IMG/VR virus record: IMGVR_UViG_3300044630_002986
Span: 1 to 39,310 of that record
Reading direction: 5' to 3' (one strand)
Source: a virus
Lineage: Duplodnaviria; Caudoviricetes
Length of the DNA stretch: 39,310 nucleotides
In this document: piece after piece, positions 38,326-39,310 of the stretch
Numbering within the stretch: position 1 is the first letter of the stretch
How the letters are laid out: each line of letters begins with the position of its first letter
Translations under genes and position numbers: made by a program
The notes under the pieces: generated by a model
Told to the model about the DNA's origin: nothing
Databases searched by the model: none
The model's input: the letters and a program-made list of their open reading frames with translations, nothing else

Positions 38326-38550
38326 TTAACCGTTTAATAAAGTTTTTATACCAGTTTTTGTTTCATCCTGGATTTTTTTGTTCGTTTTCATAGTATTATC
38401 AACTCGTTCAATTAAACCGTCTTTTTCTTTTACGACGTAACAATCACCAGTATCTAAATCACATACTTGTTTCATTCCATTACCCATATCTTTTTCAGAC
38501 ATTCTGGTATTTTTACCAAGGTAATTATCTAATATTAATTTTGTGTTCAT
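38326..38550 (-). CDS. Small hypothetical protein with a CDLDTGDC motif
   Basis: 74-aa ORF with TATTTATA 14 nt upstream, ending 4 nt before the next gene. Confidence 0.6.
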   Translation of the reverse strand: MNTKLILDNYLGKNTRMSEKDMGNGMKQVCDLDTGDCYVVKEKDGLIERVDNTMKTNKKIQDETKTGIKTLLNG

Positions 38551-38597
38551 AATTTTAATTTATATATAAATATCTTTATTTTTAAAAAAGTTTTAAA

Positions 38598-39310
38598 TTA
38601 ATTACCTGCTGATGTAAGACTTAAACCTGGTACTGGATTTGATGATACGATTAAATCATAACCTTCAGTAAACTTATCTTCTAATCTTTTCTTATCTTCC
38701 TCAAGTAATTTATCATAAACATCTCTTGGTTGTTCAATTGGCCAATTTAGAACATAAACCTCAGCATATTTTTTAATATCTGCATTTTTTAATGTTGTTA
38801 ATTTTCCAGCAAATTTTGAGATAAAGAAATTCAAATAATCTTCAAAAGAATTAAAGGCTGCCAACGGTATATTGTTTATATTATCACCTTTATCAACACA
38901 GATGTATTTTGAATTAAAGTACTTATTACCGGCAGCCCCATATGTATCTGAAAGTGGTATTGTTGAGTAATTATTTTCGTAAGCTGAAAACCCTGTTTTA
39001 GTTCCAGAATCTACATACATACTTGTAAATATAAATATCATAAACTCATTTGTTGATTGTTCTGATAAAGATGGGAAACTAGCTGTTATACCATCAAATA
39101 TTTTTTTCTTAGCGTCAGCAAATGTTATAGATGTTAATTTTGGACTATCAACTGTTGTGTATGCTTTATATGCTTGTGCTAATTTATCACTACAAGTTTG
39201 TTCTTTTGATAATGTTTCATCACCACCAAAAGCATTATCTAAAACAATACTTTTTTGGTTTAGTATATTTCCTTCTGAAAATTTTATTTGTTTGTTTTTC
39301 TCTTCAATTT
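38598..39310 (-). CDS. 3' end of a larger hypothetical protein (start lies beyond the window)
   Basis: The frame of the 147-aa ORF stays open from 39041 to the window edge (..IEEKNKQIKFSEGNILNQKS..QSTNEFMIFIF..). Confidence 0.7.
   Translation of the reverse strand, partial: IEEKNKQIKFSEGNILNQKSIVLDNAFGGDETLSKEQTCSDKLAQAYKAYTTVDSPKLTSITFADAKKKIFDGITASFPSLSEQSTNEFMIFIFTSMYVDSGTKTGFSAYENNYSTIPLSDTYGAAGNKYFNSKYICVDKGDNINNIPLAAFNSFEDYLNFFISKFAGKLTTLKNADIKKYAEVYVLNWPIEQPRDVYDKLLEEDKKRLEDKFTEGYDLIVSSNPVPGLSLTSAGN

Noticed and set aside
1-39310. Stop-codon reassignment, as in some large phages
   Set aside because: Standard-code ORFs tile the window at full length. TGA ends several genes (12468, 16443, 20126, 25672) and TAG ends one (28854) at sensible boundaries.
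1-39310. tRNA or structured ncRNA genes, including a cobalamin riboswitch before nrdJ
   Set aside because: Intergenic gaps are at most about 110 nt and are explained by terminators and promoters. Only 25 nt precede nrdJ.

Overview
AT-rich (roughly 30% GC by eye), densely coding segment of a large myovirus-like (jumbo-type) bacteriophage using the standard genetic code. The host is probably Bacteroidota, inferred from SprB-like and DUF285/BspA repeats and from gene starts lacking Shine-Dalgarno sites. Nearly all genes lie on the minus strand. The right end (about 28.9-37.6 kb) is a replication/recombination operon: gp32-like SSB, GT2 glycosyltransferase, RecA/UvsX, C5 DNA methyltransferase, 5'-3' exonuclease, DnaB/gp41-like helicase, class II ribonucleotide reductase, a 26-codon micro-ORF and a DUF5522-like protein. 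It has a consensus sigma70-like promoter and intrinsic terminators. The middle and left (about 3.6-28.8 kb) form a baseplate/fibre module: lytic transglycosylase, gp25-like, gp6/J-like, a 1823-aa protein with an internal hydrophobic block, a gpI-like wedge protein, and PKD, SprB-repeat and BspA-repeat proteins. The module ends in a RuvC-like resolvase that converges on a plus-strand Cys-rich fibre-like gene. The best candidate for an undescribed system is a glycosyltransferase resembling plant extensin O-glycosyltransferases (SERGT1/HPAT), embedded among Cys-rich virion proteins with mucin-like (Thr-Pro)n and poly-Thr linkers. This suggests phage-encoded O-glycosylation of its own fibres. All family assignments come from motif recognition, not database searches.
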